A DNA stretch of 64,000 bases from positions 352,001-416,000 of the forward strand of contig OY764159.1 in the NCBI GenBank assembly GCA_963668175.1, written 5' to 3'. Positions 36,574-46,346 of this stretch are shown here, piece after piece. Source of the stretch: Syntrophales bacterium (GTDB lineage Bacteria; Desulfobacterota; Syntrophia; Syntrophales; PHBD01). Numbering within the stretch: the stretch's first letter is position 1; every line of letters begins with the position of its first letter. Position numbers and translations under genes: made by a program. A model generated the notes under the pieces. It saw nothing but the letters and a program-made list of their open reading frames with translations. It was not told where the DNA came from and made no database searches.

Positions 36574-37956
36574 ATGTCCAACATTCTCGTGATCGACGAC
36601 GACAGTTCCATCAGGGAAACGCTTGACCTGTATCTCGCGGAAGAAGGATACAAGGTGTTCACCGCCAAGGATGGTACGGAAGGGCTCGACATGTTCGTCC
36701 AGAAATCGCCCGACGTCGTGATTCTCGACATACGCCTGCCGGACATCGACGGATTCACCGTCCTTGAGGACCTGCGGGAAGAGAATGAAAATGTCAAGGT
36801 CATCATGATCACGGCGCATCACGACATGGAATCCACGATCAAGGCCATGAAGGGGGGGGCCTTCGATTACATCCACAAGCCGGTGAACGTCGACGAACTC
36901 GATCTGGCCATCAAGAAGGCCCTGAAGGCCCTCGAGATGGAAAAGAAGATCGACGGTCTGCTCATGGAACCGTCCCGGCAGTTCAAGGTCGGCGACATTA
37001 TAGGCTCCGGACGCGAGATGAGGGAAGTGTTCAAGACGATCGGGGTCGTATCCCAGAGCCGGACGACCGTCCTTATCCTGGGCGAAAGCGGAACGGGCAA
37101 GGAGCTCATCGCCAAGGTCATTCATCACAACACGTCCCGGGACGAACCCTACATCGCCATCAACTGCTCCGCCATCGTGGAAACCCTCCTCGAATCGGAG
37201 CTTTTCGGGCACGAGAAAGGATCCTTTACCGGCGCCGTCACAAAAAAGCTGGGAAAATTCGAGCAGGCCCGTTATGGAACCGTTTTTCTCGATGAAATCA
37301 GTGAAATGTCCCTGAACCTCCAGGCGAAGCTCCTCCGCGTCCTGCAGGAACTGGAATTTGAACGGGTGGGGGGAAAGGACCGAATCCGCGTCAACGCGAG
37401 AATCATCGCGGCGACCAATAAAGACCTCAAGGCTATGGTACAGGAAGGCAGGTTCCGGGACGATCTCTATTACCGCCTGAATATCGTCTCCATCCGTATA
37501 CCGCCTCTCCGTGAGCGAAGAGAGGACATCCCCATGTTGGTCGAGTATCTTTTGGCCAAGATCAACCGCGACCTCCATAAGCGCGTGCTCGGCATAGCCG
37601 ACGATATGATGGACATCTTCATGAAATACCCCTGGCCGGGCAACGTGCGCGAGTTGGAGAACCTCCTCGTCCGGGCGGTCGTGGTAACGAAGAGCCAGAT
37701 CCTGGGCAAGAACGACTTCCCCGAACTGTCCATGAGCGGCACGGAAACCGCCGAGAAGAAACTTTCGGCGGCGGACGACTCCAGCGCCGCCGGGAAATGG
37801 CTGACGCTCGATGAAGTGGAAGAGAGACACATCCGTAAAATCATCAGCGAGGCCGGAGGAAAGAACAAGGGAGAATTGTGCGAGATACTGGGCATTTCCC
37901 GGCCCACCTTAGAACGCAAGCTCGAAAAATACGGCATCCATTTCGAACGGGAGTGA
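36574..37956 (+). CDS. NtrC-family sigma54-dependent response regulator
   Basis: Receiver (DDD, LDIRLP), GESGTGKE, GSFTGA, FLDEI, WPGNVREL, C-terminal Fis-type HTH. Confidence 0.95.
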   Translation: MSNILVIDDDSSIRETLDLYLAEEGYKVFTAKDGTEGLDMFVQKSPDVVILDIRLPDIDGFTVLEDLREENENVKVIMITAHHDMESTIKAMKGGAFDYIHKPVNVDELDLAIKKALKALEMEKKIDGLLMEPSRQFKVGDIIGSGREMREVFKTIGVVSQSRTTVLILGESGTGKELIAKVIHHNTSRDEPYIAINCSAIVETLLESELFGHEKGSFTGAVTKKLGKFEQARYGTVFLDEISEMSLNLQAKLLRVLQELEFERVGGKDRIRVNARIIAATNKDLKAMVQEGRFRDDLYYRLNIVSIRIPPLRERREDIPMLVEYLLAKINRDLHKRVLGIADDMMDIFMKYPWPGNVRELENLLVRAVVVTKSQILGKNDFPELSMSGTETAEKKLSAADDSSAAGKWLTLDEVEERHIRKIISEAGGKNKGELCEILGISRPTLERKLEKYGIHFERE

Positions 37957-37966
37957 CCTGTAGACG

Positions 37967-38554
37967 ATGAAAGTAACAACGGCCGAATTTGTGAAATCGG
38001 CAGAAACGCCATCCCAGTACCCGAAGGAAGACTTTCCGGAAATCGCCTTTGTCGGCCGATCCAACGTCGGCAAATCCTCCCTCATCAACTGCATCCTGAA
38101 ACGCAAGAAGCTCGCCCACACGAGCAATACGCCGGGACGCACCCAATTGATCAACTTCTTTCTGGTCAACAACGGTTTTCTATTTGTGGATTTACCCGGT
38201 TACGGTTATGCGAAAGTCCCGGAGAGCGTGAGGAAGAAATGGGGACCCATGATCGAGACGTATCTGACGACAAGGCGATCGCTGAAGATGGTGGTCATGA
38301 TCCTCGATATCAGGAGAGATCCGTCGGAAGACGACCTTTCTCTCATCCGTTGGTTCGACCATTACGACATCCCTGTGTGCTTCGTCCTGACCAAGGCCGA
38401 TAAACTGACGAGAAGCAACCGGTTAAACCGCCAGACCGAAATCAGGGAATCATTGGGACTTCCGAAAGAGCAGGAACTGCTTCTCTTTTCCGCCAAATCG
38501 GGCGAAGGCGCGGAAACGCTGAGAAGGGAAATAGAGAAGAACCTCTCCTCCTGA
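37967..38554 (+). CDS. engB: Ribosome biogenesis GTPase EngB/YihA/YsxC
   Basis: GRSNVGKSS, TPGRTQ, DLPGYG and TKAD. Confidence 0.95.
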   Translation: MKVTTAEFVKSAETPSQYPKEDFPEIAFVGRSNVGKSSLINCILKRKKLAHTSNTPGRTQLINFFLVNNGFLFVDLPGYGYAKVPESVRKKWGPMIETYLTTRRSLKMVVMILDIRRDPSEDDLSLIRWFDHYDIPVCFVLTKADKLTRSNRLNRQTEIRESLGLPKEQELLLFSAKSGEGAETLRREIEKNLSS

Positions 38555-38659
38555 GGCACATGCCGTCTGTTCCGTGCGCGGCAGAAGCCGCTTGTCTTAG
38601 GGTCGGTTCGATGAATCCGGCTGGAAATCGCCTGAATTAAAAATAAGGGATATAACGAT

Positions 38660-38703
38660 AAAGCCGCCCTTGCAGCCGGTTTCGCCGAAGGGCGGCGTTT
38701 TTT
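38660..38703. terminator. Intrinsic terminator between convergent engB and aldolase
   Basis: GCCGCCCTT...AAGGGCGGC followed by GTTTTTT. Confidence 0.7.
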
Positions 38704-40100
38704 CAATGGCTCGTCAGGACCGCCGGGGCCTTGAGCGGCACATCGACTGTCTTCACGTATTTATTCACGGCGTCGCGGGTCCTGGCCATATTCAATTTTT
38801 CAAACAGGAAGAGAAACTGGTTCTCCAGCTCTGCCCCGATGGCGTTACGGATTGCCGCCGGCAATGCCCGGAGCTCTTTCTTGAACGGCCCGAACCCCTT
38901 CTTGCGAGTCTTGTAAATGAACTGCTCTTCCGTATCCTTCTCTTTTCTCTCCCCCGCAAAATGAGAGCCGATATAATCGTACATTTTTCGCTTCAGGTCG
39001 GCGGGAAAGTGGCTGCTGTCGTAAATAATGTTCTGGAATCCCGTCGCCAGATGGACTTCGGCCGTGCCGACGGCGGGAAATTTGTCGAAGGCCTCGTTCG
39101 GCAGGGTTGAGGCTCCGTGTTGGACCGCGCCAGCCAAACCGTAGACAGAGCGCCCCATTTCCGAAAGTTTCTCCAGGGTGTCGAAGTCCAGCTTGACCTT
39201 GGCGACGGTGCCGTCGGGCATGGGAACACCGCCATGGGAGGTGCCGGTCTGGATGCTGATCTTACTGATCCCTTTCATCTCCGGACCGCTCTTTTCGAGG
39301 GTTTCCAGATATCCATCCATGTAGGCCTTCAGTTCCTCAACGGTGCTGTTCTTACCCCCCACCTCGCCGATTTCGCCGCCGACGGATATGGTAATGTCCA
39401 GCGGTTCCAGATCGCGGATCATGACGGTCAATTCGGCCGCGAGGTCATAATTGAGCTTTTGCTGCTTCTTCACGGTTGCCTGCGACAGGTCGACGAGGGT
39501 CGATGTATCGATATCGATGTTATAGAACCCTGCTTCGATGGCCTCCCAGATCAAATCTTTAACGAACTGCACTTCCTTGGCCGCATCCTTGGCGAATTTC
39601 CCCGCGTTGACCTGGAAATGATCTCCCTGGAGAAAGAGGGGCCCCCGATACCCTGTTTTGATGGCGGCGGCCATCACGGCGCTCGTGTATTCGGCCGGTC
39701 TCTGGTCCGTATAGTCGATTTCGGACCGGGCTATTTCAAAAAGGACGGCGCCGACGTCGAGTTTCGCGGCGGCCCGGAAAATGGCTTGAGAAGTTTCATA
39801 GGTGAGGGCACGGATATTGATCGCGGGCACGGTCATACCCGACACGTCCTTGCGCCCCATGGCTTCGTAAAAAGCCTGGATGGACGATAGATAGATGCCC
39901 AAGGAAGCCCCGGCACGGCGAATGATCCAGCAGGCGGCATCCCGGACATCTTTATCGGCAGAGAAAATCGCCGTATCGATGAGATTGTCGATGAGTCCCT
40001 GTCGCAGGCGATCTTCATCCAGAACGGTTATGCCCTCCCCGGCCAGCGAGAGGACGCCGTGGTATCCTTTCTTCAACTGTTCGATATTTTCATAAACCAT
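38703..40100 (-). CDS. Class II (metal-dependent) fructose-bisphosphate aldolase family protein with N-terminal extension
   Basis: VPAIN, QGDHFQ, GEIGEVGG, GTSHGG and QHGAS; GAGGTG RBS before MVYEN; downstream of fbp. Confidence 0.8.
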   Translation of the reverse strand: MVYENIEQLKKGYHGVLSLAGEGITVLDEDRLRQGLIDNLIDTAIFSADKDVRDAACWIIRRAGASLGIYLSSIQAFYEAMGRKDVSGMTVPAINIRALTYETSQAIFRAAAKLDVGAVLFEIARSEIDYTDQRPAEYTSAVMAAAIKTGYRGPLFLQGDHFQVNAGKFAKDAAKEVQFVKDLIWEAIEAGFYNIDIDTSTLVDLSQATVKKQQKLNYDLAAELTVMIRDLEPLDITISVGGEIGEVGGKNSTVEELKAYMDGYLETLEKSGPEMKGISKISIQTGTSHGGVPMPDGTVAKVKLDFDTLEKLSEMGRSVYGLAGAVQHGASTLPNEAFDKFPAVGTAEVHLATGFQNIIYDSSHFPADLKRKMYDYIGSHFAGERKEKDTEEQFIYKTRKKGFGPFKKELRALPAAIRNAIGAELENQFLFLFEKLNMARTRDAVNKYVKTVDVPLKAPAVLTSH

Positions 40101-40181
40101 ACATGACACCTCTGTTAGGAGTAAGAATAGATGTGTGAGCAACCGGCGCAAACGATATTCAGGAATTCGGGATATCGGATC

Positions 40182-41117
40182 TTATATGCCGAATTCTTTT
40201 GTCTTATCCACTTCCGTGCGGCTGCCGATATAGATGGGACAGCATTGATCTATGCTCTCCACATTCAGGGCCAGGATGTCCTTGCGCCCGTCAGTCGCCT
40301 TGCCGCCGGCCTGTTCCATGATAAACGCCATAGGCTGGAGCTCGAATAAAAGTCTCAATTTGCCCTTGGGATTGTTCTTGAGCGCAGGGTAAGAAAAAAC
40401 GCCGCCGTTCTTGATCAGCACCTGGTTGATGTCGGGTACGAAACCCCCGCTGTAGCGCAATTTATATCCCTGCTCTTCCAGGTACTCGACATACCGGCGA
40501 TGTTCCGCCGTCCAGTCCTTTCTCAGTCCTCCGAGACTGTAAATCGAGCCCTTGTCTTTCAGGCGGATGTTCTCTTGCGACAGGACATATTCCCCTTCGC
40601 GGTTGAGAACGAATTCATGGGTTCCCTTCCCAGCGGTATAAACCATGGTGATCAGCGGCCCGTACGTTATATAAAGGGCGGCGACCATGGATTTTCTTCC
40701 TTCCGTAAAAACCGGCTCCTTGTGAATCCCGATGATGGTCCCGATAGCCAGGTTCGTATCCACCAGGGAGGAACCGTCGAGGGGGTCCGCGGTTACATAA
40801 TAGGTTTCGTTCCCCTTGCCCATATGGATGACCGAATCCTGTTCCTCCGAGTAATAATCCCGGACAAAACCGGAATGCTGGAGCTGACTTTGGAGAATGG
40901 TGTCGGCGCTCCGATCAAGGGCAAGCTGCTTGTCCCCGTAAATATTGTTGAACCCGGCGAGCTTCCTGTTGGATTCATGGATTTTAGCCGAAATATATTT
41001 ACCGGTGACCGCAAGCTGCCAAATCAACCGGCGCAATTCCGTTTCGACGCCGGCCATCCACATATGGCGCCTTAGATCAACCGCCCACTTTGTGTAATCC
41101 GATATCCCTTCACCCAT
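40182..41117 (-). CDS. fbp: Class I fructose-1,6-bisphosphatase
   Basis: SEE, DPLDGSS, LRYSGGFVPD and GKLRLLFELQPMAF. Confidence 0.92.
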   Translation of the reverse strand: MGEGISDYTKWAVDLRRHMWMAGVETELRRLIWQLAVTGKYISAKIHESNRKLAGFNNIYGDKQLALDRSADTILQSQLQHSGFVRDYYSEEQDSVIHMGKGNETYYVTADPLDGSSLVDTNLAIGTIIGIHKEPVFTEGRKSMVAALYITYGPLITMVYTAGKGTHEFVLNREGEYVLSQENIRLKDKGSIYSLGGLRKDWTAEHRRYVEYLEEQGYKLRYSGGFVPDINQVLIKNGGVFSYPALKNNPKGKLRLLFELQPMAFIMEQAGGKATDGRKDILALNVESIDQCCPIYIGSRTEVDKTKEFGI

Positions 41118-41318
41118 GGGTTTTCCTCTGCCATTTTTTGATTTTTCTTAACAACGAATGACTGTTTTGACAAGGATATTTTGCATCTATCGCCAGATTA
41201 ATTGCTTGACAAGGCGCAGGGGACTAGGTATTTCCTTGGCAAGATTATATCATTAAAATGCTGGCCATTATTTAAGTAGGAATGTTTGGTGACGACAATG
41301 CTTACCTAGAGGTGGATC

Positions 41319-42158
41319 ATGATCGTTCGGTGCTGGGGTGCGAGAGGCTCGATACCTGTTTCAGGCCGGGAATACTTGAAATACGGAGGCGACACAACCT
41401 GTATAGAAATCAGAACCAACCAGGACGATATCATTATCGTCGATGCAGGTTCGGGTCTGCGGATGCTGGGCAACAGGCTGCTCGCCGAAGGCCGGCACCA
41501 TTACTCGCTGATCATTACCCATACCCATTGGGACCACCTGATGGGACTTCCTTTTTTTAAACCCATCTATTTCAAGAAGACGAACATTCACGTATACGGT
41601 TGCCCTTACTCGCCCATATCCCTCAAGCAGGTATTCTCCCGTATGATGGCTCCTCCGAATTTCCCCGTCGATTTTGACAGCATCAAGGCCAGCATAAGCT
41701 ACCCCAATTCCTGCCTTGAGAAATTCAAAATCAAATCCCTGACCGTCACGCCGATTGCGCTCAGTCATCCCAACGGAGGAGAGGGTTATCGGTTCGAAGA
41801 AGACGGGAAGTCCTTTGTGTTTCTTACCGACAACGAGTTAACGCATAAGCATCCGGGAGGGCTCGATTTCCAGGATTATTGCGACTTTGCCGCCGGCGCC
41901 GATCTCCTTATCCATGACGCCGAGTACAACGACGCGGATTACAAAAGGACATTCAAATGGGGCCATTCCATTTACACGGATGCCCTGCAGCTCGCGCTCG
42001 ATGCGGGCGTTAAGAACTTCGGCCTGTTTCATCATAATCAGGAGCGGTCGGACCAAGCCGTGGACGCCTTTGTCAAGGATTGCCGGCAGATCATCAAGGC
42101 CAAACACAGCACCCTGAAATGCTTCGCCGTCCATCAGAACATGGAGATCATTCTCTAG
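41319..42158 (+). CDS. MBL-fold metallo-hydrolase (RNase Z/phosphodiesterase-like)
   Basis: GARGSIP, YGGDTTC, DAGSG, THTHWDH, HP, TDNE, WGHS and FHH. Confidence 0.85.
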   Translation: MIVRCWGARGSIPVSGREYLKYGGDTTCIEIRTNQDDIIIVDAGSGLRMLGNRLLAEGRHHYSLIITHTHWDHLMGLPFFKPIYFKKTNIHVYGCPYSPISLKQVFSRMMAPPNFPVDFDSIKASISYPNSCLEKFKIKSLTVTPIALSHPNGGEGYRFEEDGKSFVFLTDNELTHKHPGGLDFQDYCDFAAGADLLIHDAEYNDADYKRTFKWGHSIYTDALQLALDAGVKNFGLFHHNQERSDQAVDAFVKDCRQIIKAKHSTLKCFAVHQNMEIIL

Positions 42159-42189
42159 TTCCGCTGGAAAACATGAAAAAGGAGGAGGA

Positions 42190-42582
42190 ATGATGAAAAT
42201 GAGACGTCGATGTCCGGGAATCGTCTGGATGGGCATTGTCCTGATTTCAGCCTTGCTCCTGGCCGGCCCCGTTACGGCGGTAGCTCATGCCCCAAAGGAA
42301 ATCAAGCTGGAAATGGACAGCGGCATGCAGAATCTGACCGTTACCATTACCCATAAATCGCCTCTCCCCAACTGGCATTACATTAAACTGGTGCAGATCA
42401 CGAAGAACGGTGCCGTCGTCAGTAAAAACGAATACAAGAACCAACCGGACCAAGAAACCTTCGAATACAAGTATCCGCTTGCAGCAACGGCCGGAGACGT
42501 CATCGAAGTGACGGTCACGTGCAACATGTCGGGTTCCAAATCGGCAAAACTGGTTATCAACCAGGCATCCAAGACCCCGTAA
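42190..42582 (+). CDS. Exported small beta-rich protein with a superoxide-reductase/desulfoferrodoxin-like ligand pattern
   Basis: GGAGGAGG RBS; signal peptide AVA|HAP; H33, H55, H63 (HYI) and C111 in CNMSG. Confidence 0.55.
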   Translation: MMKMRRRCPGIVWMGIVLISALLLAGPVTAVAHAPKEIKLEMDSGMQNLTVTITHKSPLPNWHYIKLVQITKNGAVVSKNEYKNQPDQETFEYKYPLAATAGDVIEVTVTCNMSGSKSAKLVINQASKTP

Positions 42583-42591
42583 GGGAACATC

Positions 42592-42987
42592 ATGGACCTT
42601 TTGTTACACGCCGCCCTCATGACCATCGCATTGCTGTCCATGGCCTCAGGCGTCGCGGCCGCCATGTTCATGAGGAAGAAACGATGGTGGCTCCGATATC
42701 ACCAAAAGGCCGGCATGAACGGAGCGGTTTGTCTGCTGATCGGTCTGACGGCCGGCATTGTCATGGTCTTTCTGGATAAGGAACAACATTTCAAGGTGGT
42801 CCACTCCCAGTTGGGCGCTGTTACGATCCTGTTGGGCTGCGCAGCGGCCATTCTGGGCAAGCTGCAATTCGCGATGAAAAACCGGGCTCAAAGGCTCAGG
42901 ATCGTTCATAAGTGGTTGGGACGAACAACTATGCTTTTCATGCCGGCGGTCTTGATCCTGGGATTGTTTAGCGCGGGTATCCTCTAA
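42592..42987 (+). CDS. Four-TM cytochrome b561-like protein
   Basis: H6, H37, H71 (HFKVVHSQLG) and H106 (HKWLGR), one His per TM helix. Confidence 0.65.
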   Translation: MDLLLHAALMTIALLSMASGVAAAMFMRKKRWWLRYHQKAGMNGAVCLLIGLTAGIVMVFLDKEQHFKVVHSQLGAVTILLGCAAAILGKLQFAMKNRAQRLRIVHKWLGRTTMLFMPAVLILGLFSAGIL

Positions 42988-43319
42988 TAAAGCGTTTTCG
43001 TGTACTGATGATCGCTGGACACCCTGCTCTCCTCGGACTTAGCGAAGCCCGTACCAGCAGCGGCGAACATCTTGCCGGTTCCGTCCGGATGAACCGGCAG
43101 CATCTGTAAAAAAGTCTCCATGAACATGATTTTTCCAATATCTCCTTAACCCCGGGAAATGGAGATCGACATCCTGATCGGGCTTCATTTCTCTCGAAGT
43201 ATCAACAAACGGGGTTCCCGCGATCACGCCTCTATCCGACCGGATTGGCCGCGCAAAAGCGCCGCAGGAACAGAAAATAGCCCACATTGGAAATATTGAC
43301 CGTATCCAGAGGGAAGCGG

Positions 43320-44609
43320 CTATTTCCGGTAATCGAAGACGCGTTTGGACTTTCTTTCCGTCCTGGGAAGAGCCTGGTAGTCGACGATTTCGACGACGGC
43401 GCTCACCAGAGTTTCTTTTCTGATGTCCCTTTCGAGCTTCTTGGCCGTTGTTGCGTCGGCGGAAACGTCGCCTCCTTCGACACGCTCCACCTTGATCTTC
43501 ATATAATCTTTGCCGTCGGCTTCATGATCCAGATGGATCTGGAATTCGCTGCCGATCCCCTGCTGGCGGGAGAGAATCTCGTCGATGTGGCTCGGGTAGA
43601 TGTTGACGCCCCGGACGATGAACATATCGTCGGACCGGCCGACGATCTTCCCATGCCTGGGCAACGGCGAACCGCAGGGACACTCGCCCGGGATGGCCCG
43701 CGTCAGATCACGGGAACGGTAGCGGACGAGCGGCGCCCCCTCTTTGCGGAGCGTCGTATAGACCATTTCGCCCACTTCGCCCTCGGGAACGGGTTCGAGG
43801 GTGTCGGGATCAAGAATCTCCAGGATATAGTAATCGGCCCAGTAGTGAATCCCCTGGTGATGGATACAGTCCAATCCCGTTCCCGGACCGTAGACTTCCG
43901 TGAGTCCGGGGATATCGAAGGCATGCTCCGCTCCCAGAAGGTCCTTGATCCGTTTCGCCATGGCCTCACTGGTCCGTTCCGCGCCGAAGATGGCCTTCTT
44001 GACCTTGATGGCGTCCCTCATGCCTCTCCTGTCGACTTCCTCGGCCAGCAGAAGGGCCATAGATGCCGTGCAGCAAAGGACAGTCGTTTCAAAATCGACC
44101 AAGAACTGGAGCTGCATGTCTATGTTACCGGGACCGGCGGGTATAGCCAGGGCGCCGAACCGCTCACAGCCGAGCTGAAATCCCACCCCGGCGGTCCATA
44201 CGCCGTAGCCCACGCAGATCTGTACCCGGTCGTCCGGCGACAGGTCGGCAATCTCATAGCACCGGGCAAACATATTCGCCCAGTCGTCGATATCCTTCTG
44301 CGTATAGACCATCACCTTCCGCTTGCCCGTCGTTCCAGATGAGGCGTGGAGCCTGACGATATCCGTGAGAGGGACCGACAGAAGCGGCCAGGGGTAGTCT
44401 GCCTGGAGGTCCTGGGCGGTCACGAACGGCAATTTGCGCAGATCGTCCAGGCTTTTTATGTCTTCCGGTTTTACGCCGGCCTCATCGAATCTTTTCCGAT
44501 AGAACGGCGACCCCTGGTAGGCATGTTTCACCGTCCATTTAAGTCCTTCCAACTGGATGCCGGCGAGTTCGTCACGATTTTTCCAGGCCGGCAAAAACGA
44601 TTTTTTCAT
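43320..44609 (-). CDS. paaK: Phenylacetate-CoA ligase family
   Basis: HASSGTTGK, GAE, GLTEVYGPG, PLVRYRSRD and GRSDDMFIVRGVNIYP. Confidence 0.88.
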   Translation of the reverse strand: MKKSFLPAWKNRDELAGIQLEGLKWTVKHAYQGSPFYRKRFDEAGVKPEDIKSLDDLRKLPFVTAQDLQADYPWPLLSVPLTDIVRLHASSGTTGKRKVMVYTQKDIDDWANMFARCYEIADLSPDDRVQICVGYGVWTAGVGFQLGCERFGALAIPAGPGNIDMQLQFLVDFETTVLCCTASMALLLAEEVDRRGMRDAIKVKKAIFGAERTSEAMAKRIKDLLGAEHAFDIPGLTEVYGPGTGLDCIHHQGIHYWADYYILEILDPDTLEPVPEGEVGEMVYTTLRKEGAPLVRYRSRDLTRAIPGECPCGSPLPRHGKIVGRSDDMFIVRGVNIYPSHIDEILSRQQGIGSEFQIHLDHEADGKDYMKIKVERVEGGDVSADATTAKKLERDIRKETLVSAVVEIVDYQALPRTERKSKRVFDYRK

Positions 44610-44693
44610 GGATGCCTCACTTCCTGTACCCTGCTGATTTTATCAAGGATGGTTTCTGCTAGCACACATCCCTGTCAAATTCAATCCTTGTCA

Positions 44694-44737
44694 AAAAAAA
44701 GGGTGCATCGCCATACGCAGGCTTGATGCACCCTTTT
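44694..44737 (-). terminator. Intrinsic terminator after the glutamate-synthase-family gene
   Basis: AAAAGGGTGCATC...GATGCACCCTTTT with an A7 run on the left. Confidence 0.75.
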
Positions 44738-44756
44738 GTCTTCTATAGATGGTTAA

Positions 44757-46346
44757 TTATCCGGCCAGAATTTTCTTGGCTTCTTTGAGATACGCATCCA
44801 TGACGTAGGGAATGCCGGAGATCTTTCCCGCTTCTTCCGTCAACGCCACGAGGTCTTTACGGCCGACAAGGGACAGATTGAAGTTCCTGCTGCCCGCCAT
44901 CAACTGCTGGAGGCCGATTTTGAATTTCTGGCTGAAGGTATAGATACCCAAAGCGCCGAGGGGGATGTCTTTTACTTCCTTGCCGTATTTTTTCTTCAGT
45001 TCCTCGTAGCAGACAAATATCTCTTCGACCGAATTGCCGTACTTAGAGACCGTCTTGGGCAGTTTGCCGGCCTTTATCCATTCGCCGATATTCTTGCCGA
45101 CCATGCCCGGAATCATCAATGCCCGGCCCATACACACGGCCTTCACATAGGGGGCGCCCATGGCAATGGCCTTGAAGACGCCGTCTTCCGTCGAAAATCC
45201 GCCGGCAAAGGCGATATCCGGCACACGGACCTTTTTCTTTCGCAATTCCTCGCAGAACTGATAGGTCAGGCTGTGGAGATAGAAGCTCGGAATGCCCCAT
45301 TCATTCATCATCGGCCAGGGACTCATCCCCGTTCCGCCGGGCGCCCCGTCGATCGTCAGAAGGTCGATGTTGGCATCGGCGCAGAAGCGAATCGCCATGG
45401 CCAGTTCAACCGCTGAATAGGCACCGGTCTTGAGTGTGACTCTCTTGAAACCGATCTTCCGGAGCCGGGCGACTTCAGCCATGAAGCCTTCCTTGGTGAC
45501 AAAACCCAGCCGGGAGTGGCGCTCGAATTCTTTAATCGCCCCGTCTTTGTAAGCGGCCTTGATTTCCGGCAGTGTCGGATCGGGCAGAACAATGTAGCCT
45601 CTCCTTTTCAACTCCTGAGCCCTCTCGAGGCTATTGACCTTAATCTCGCCGCCGATGTTCTTGGCTCCCTGCCCCCATTTCAATTCGATAGTATCCAATT
45701 TATGCTTGCTGCTGACGTACTCGGCCACACCCAACCGTGTGTCCTCGACATTCATCTGCACAAGGATTTCGCCGTAGCCTTCGTGATAACGCTTATACGT
45801 TTCGATGCGGCGGTCCATCTCCGGAGACTTCTTCACTTTGCCCTTGCTGTCGAGCTCCAGGCCGGGATCAATGCCGCAGACGTTTTCGCCGCAGACGATC
45901 GTTACACCCGAAATCGAGGCGCCGATGGCAAAGTGCTCCCAGTTTTTACGGGCAATTTCCGTCGAACCCAGGGCACCGGTAAATATAGGCGCCCGCATCT
46001 TGACCTTCTTCTTCCACCCGTATTCCGTTTCCGTGTCGACTGCGGGAAAGACGGCGGTATCGGGACCGGGTTTGACACCCTTAGGCAGCCCCTGGGCACC
46101 CACCGCATAGCCCTGAATACTCAAATGCGAGTAATCGACCGGATAATTCTTGTCGGCCCCGGCGGTCATTTCCCCGAAACCGATCGGGTAGATGACTTCA
46201 CGGCCCCGGAACGAGGATAACCACAATTCACACCCACCCGTACATCCATCAACGCAGCGCGTACAAATCCCCGACATGGGAACGACACTCTTTGATCGAT
46301 TAAAGGTCCCGGTTGCCTCATTGGCGTTCGGCTGTCTAAGATTCAT
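44757..46346 (-). CDS. Stand-alone FMN-binding glutamate synthase family protein
   Basis: GALGS, IELKWGQGAK, TIDGAPGGTGMSP, AGG and KAIAMGA; N-terminal CTRCVDGCTGGC. Confidence 0.85.
   Translation of the reverse strand: MNLRQPNANEATGTFNRSKSVVPMSGICTRCVDGCTGGCELWLSSFRGREVIYPIGFGEMTAGADKNYPVDYSHLSIQGYAVGAQGLPKGVKPGPDTAVFPAVDTETEYGWKKKVKMRAPIFTGALGSTEIARKNWEHFAIGASISGVTIVCGENVCGIDPGLELDSKGKVKKSPEMDRRIETYKRYHEGYGEILVQMNVEDTRLGVAEYVSSKHKLDTIELKWGQGAKNIGGEIKVNSLERAQELKRRGYIVLPDPTLPEIKAAYKDGAIKEFERHSRLGFVTKEGFMAEVARLRKIGFKRVTLKTGAYSAVELAMAIRFCADANIDLLTIDGAPGGTGMSPWPMMNEWGIPSFYLHSLTYQFCEELRKKKVRVPDIAFAGGFSTEDGVFKAIAMGAPYVKAVCMGRALMIPGMVGKNIGEWIKAGKLPKTVSKYGNSVEEIFVCYEELKKKYGKEVKDIPLGALGIYTFSQKFKIGLQQLMAGSRNFNLSLVGRKDLVALTEEAGKISGIPYVMDAYLKEAKKILAG

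Noticed and set aside
34033..37830. Long minus-strand ORFs 34033..35433 and 36550..37830
   Set aside because: Antisense shadows of the kinase and response regulator, as expected from codon bias
43039..43287. 82 aa ORF or structured RNA (GTTCCCGCG...CGCAGGAAC pairing) downstream of paaK
   Set aside because: No RBS or motif for the ORF; the pairing is plausible but matches no RNA family I recognise and is not repeated in the window
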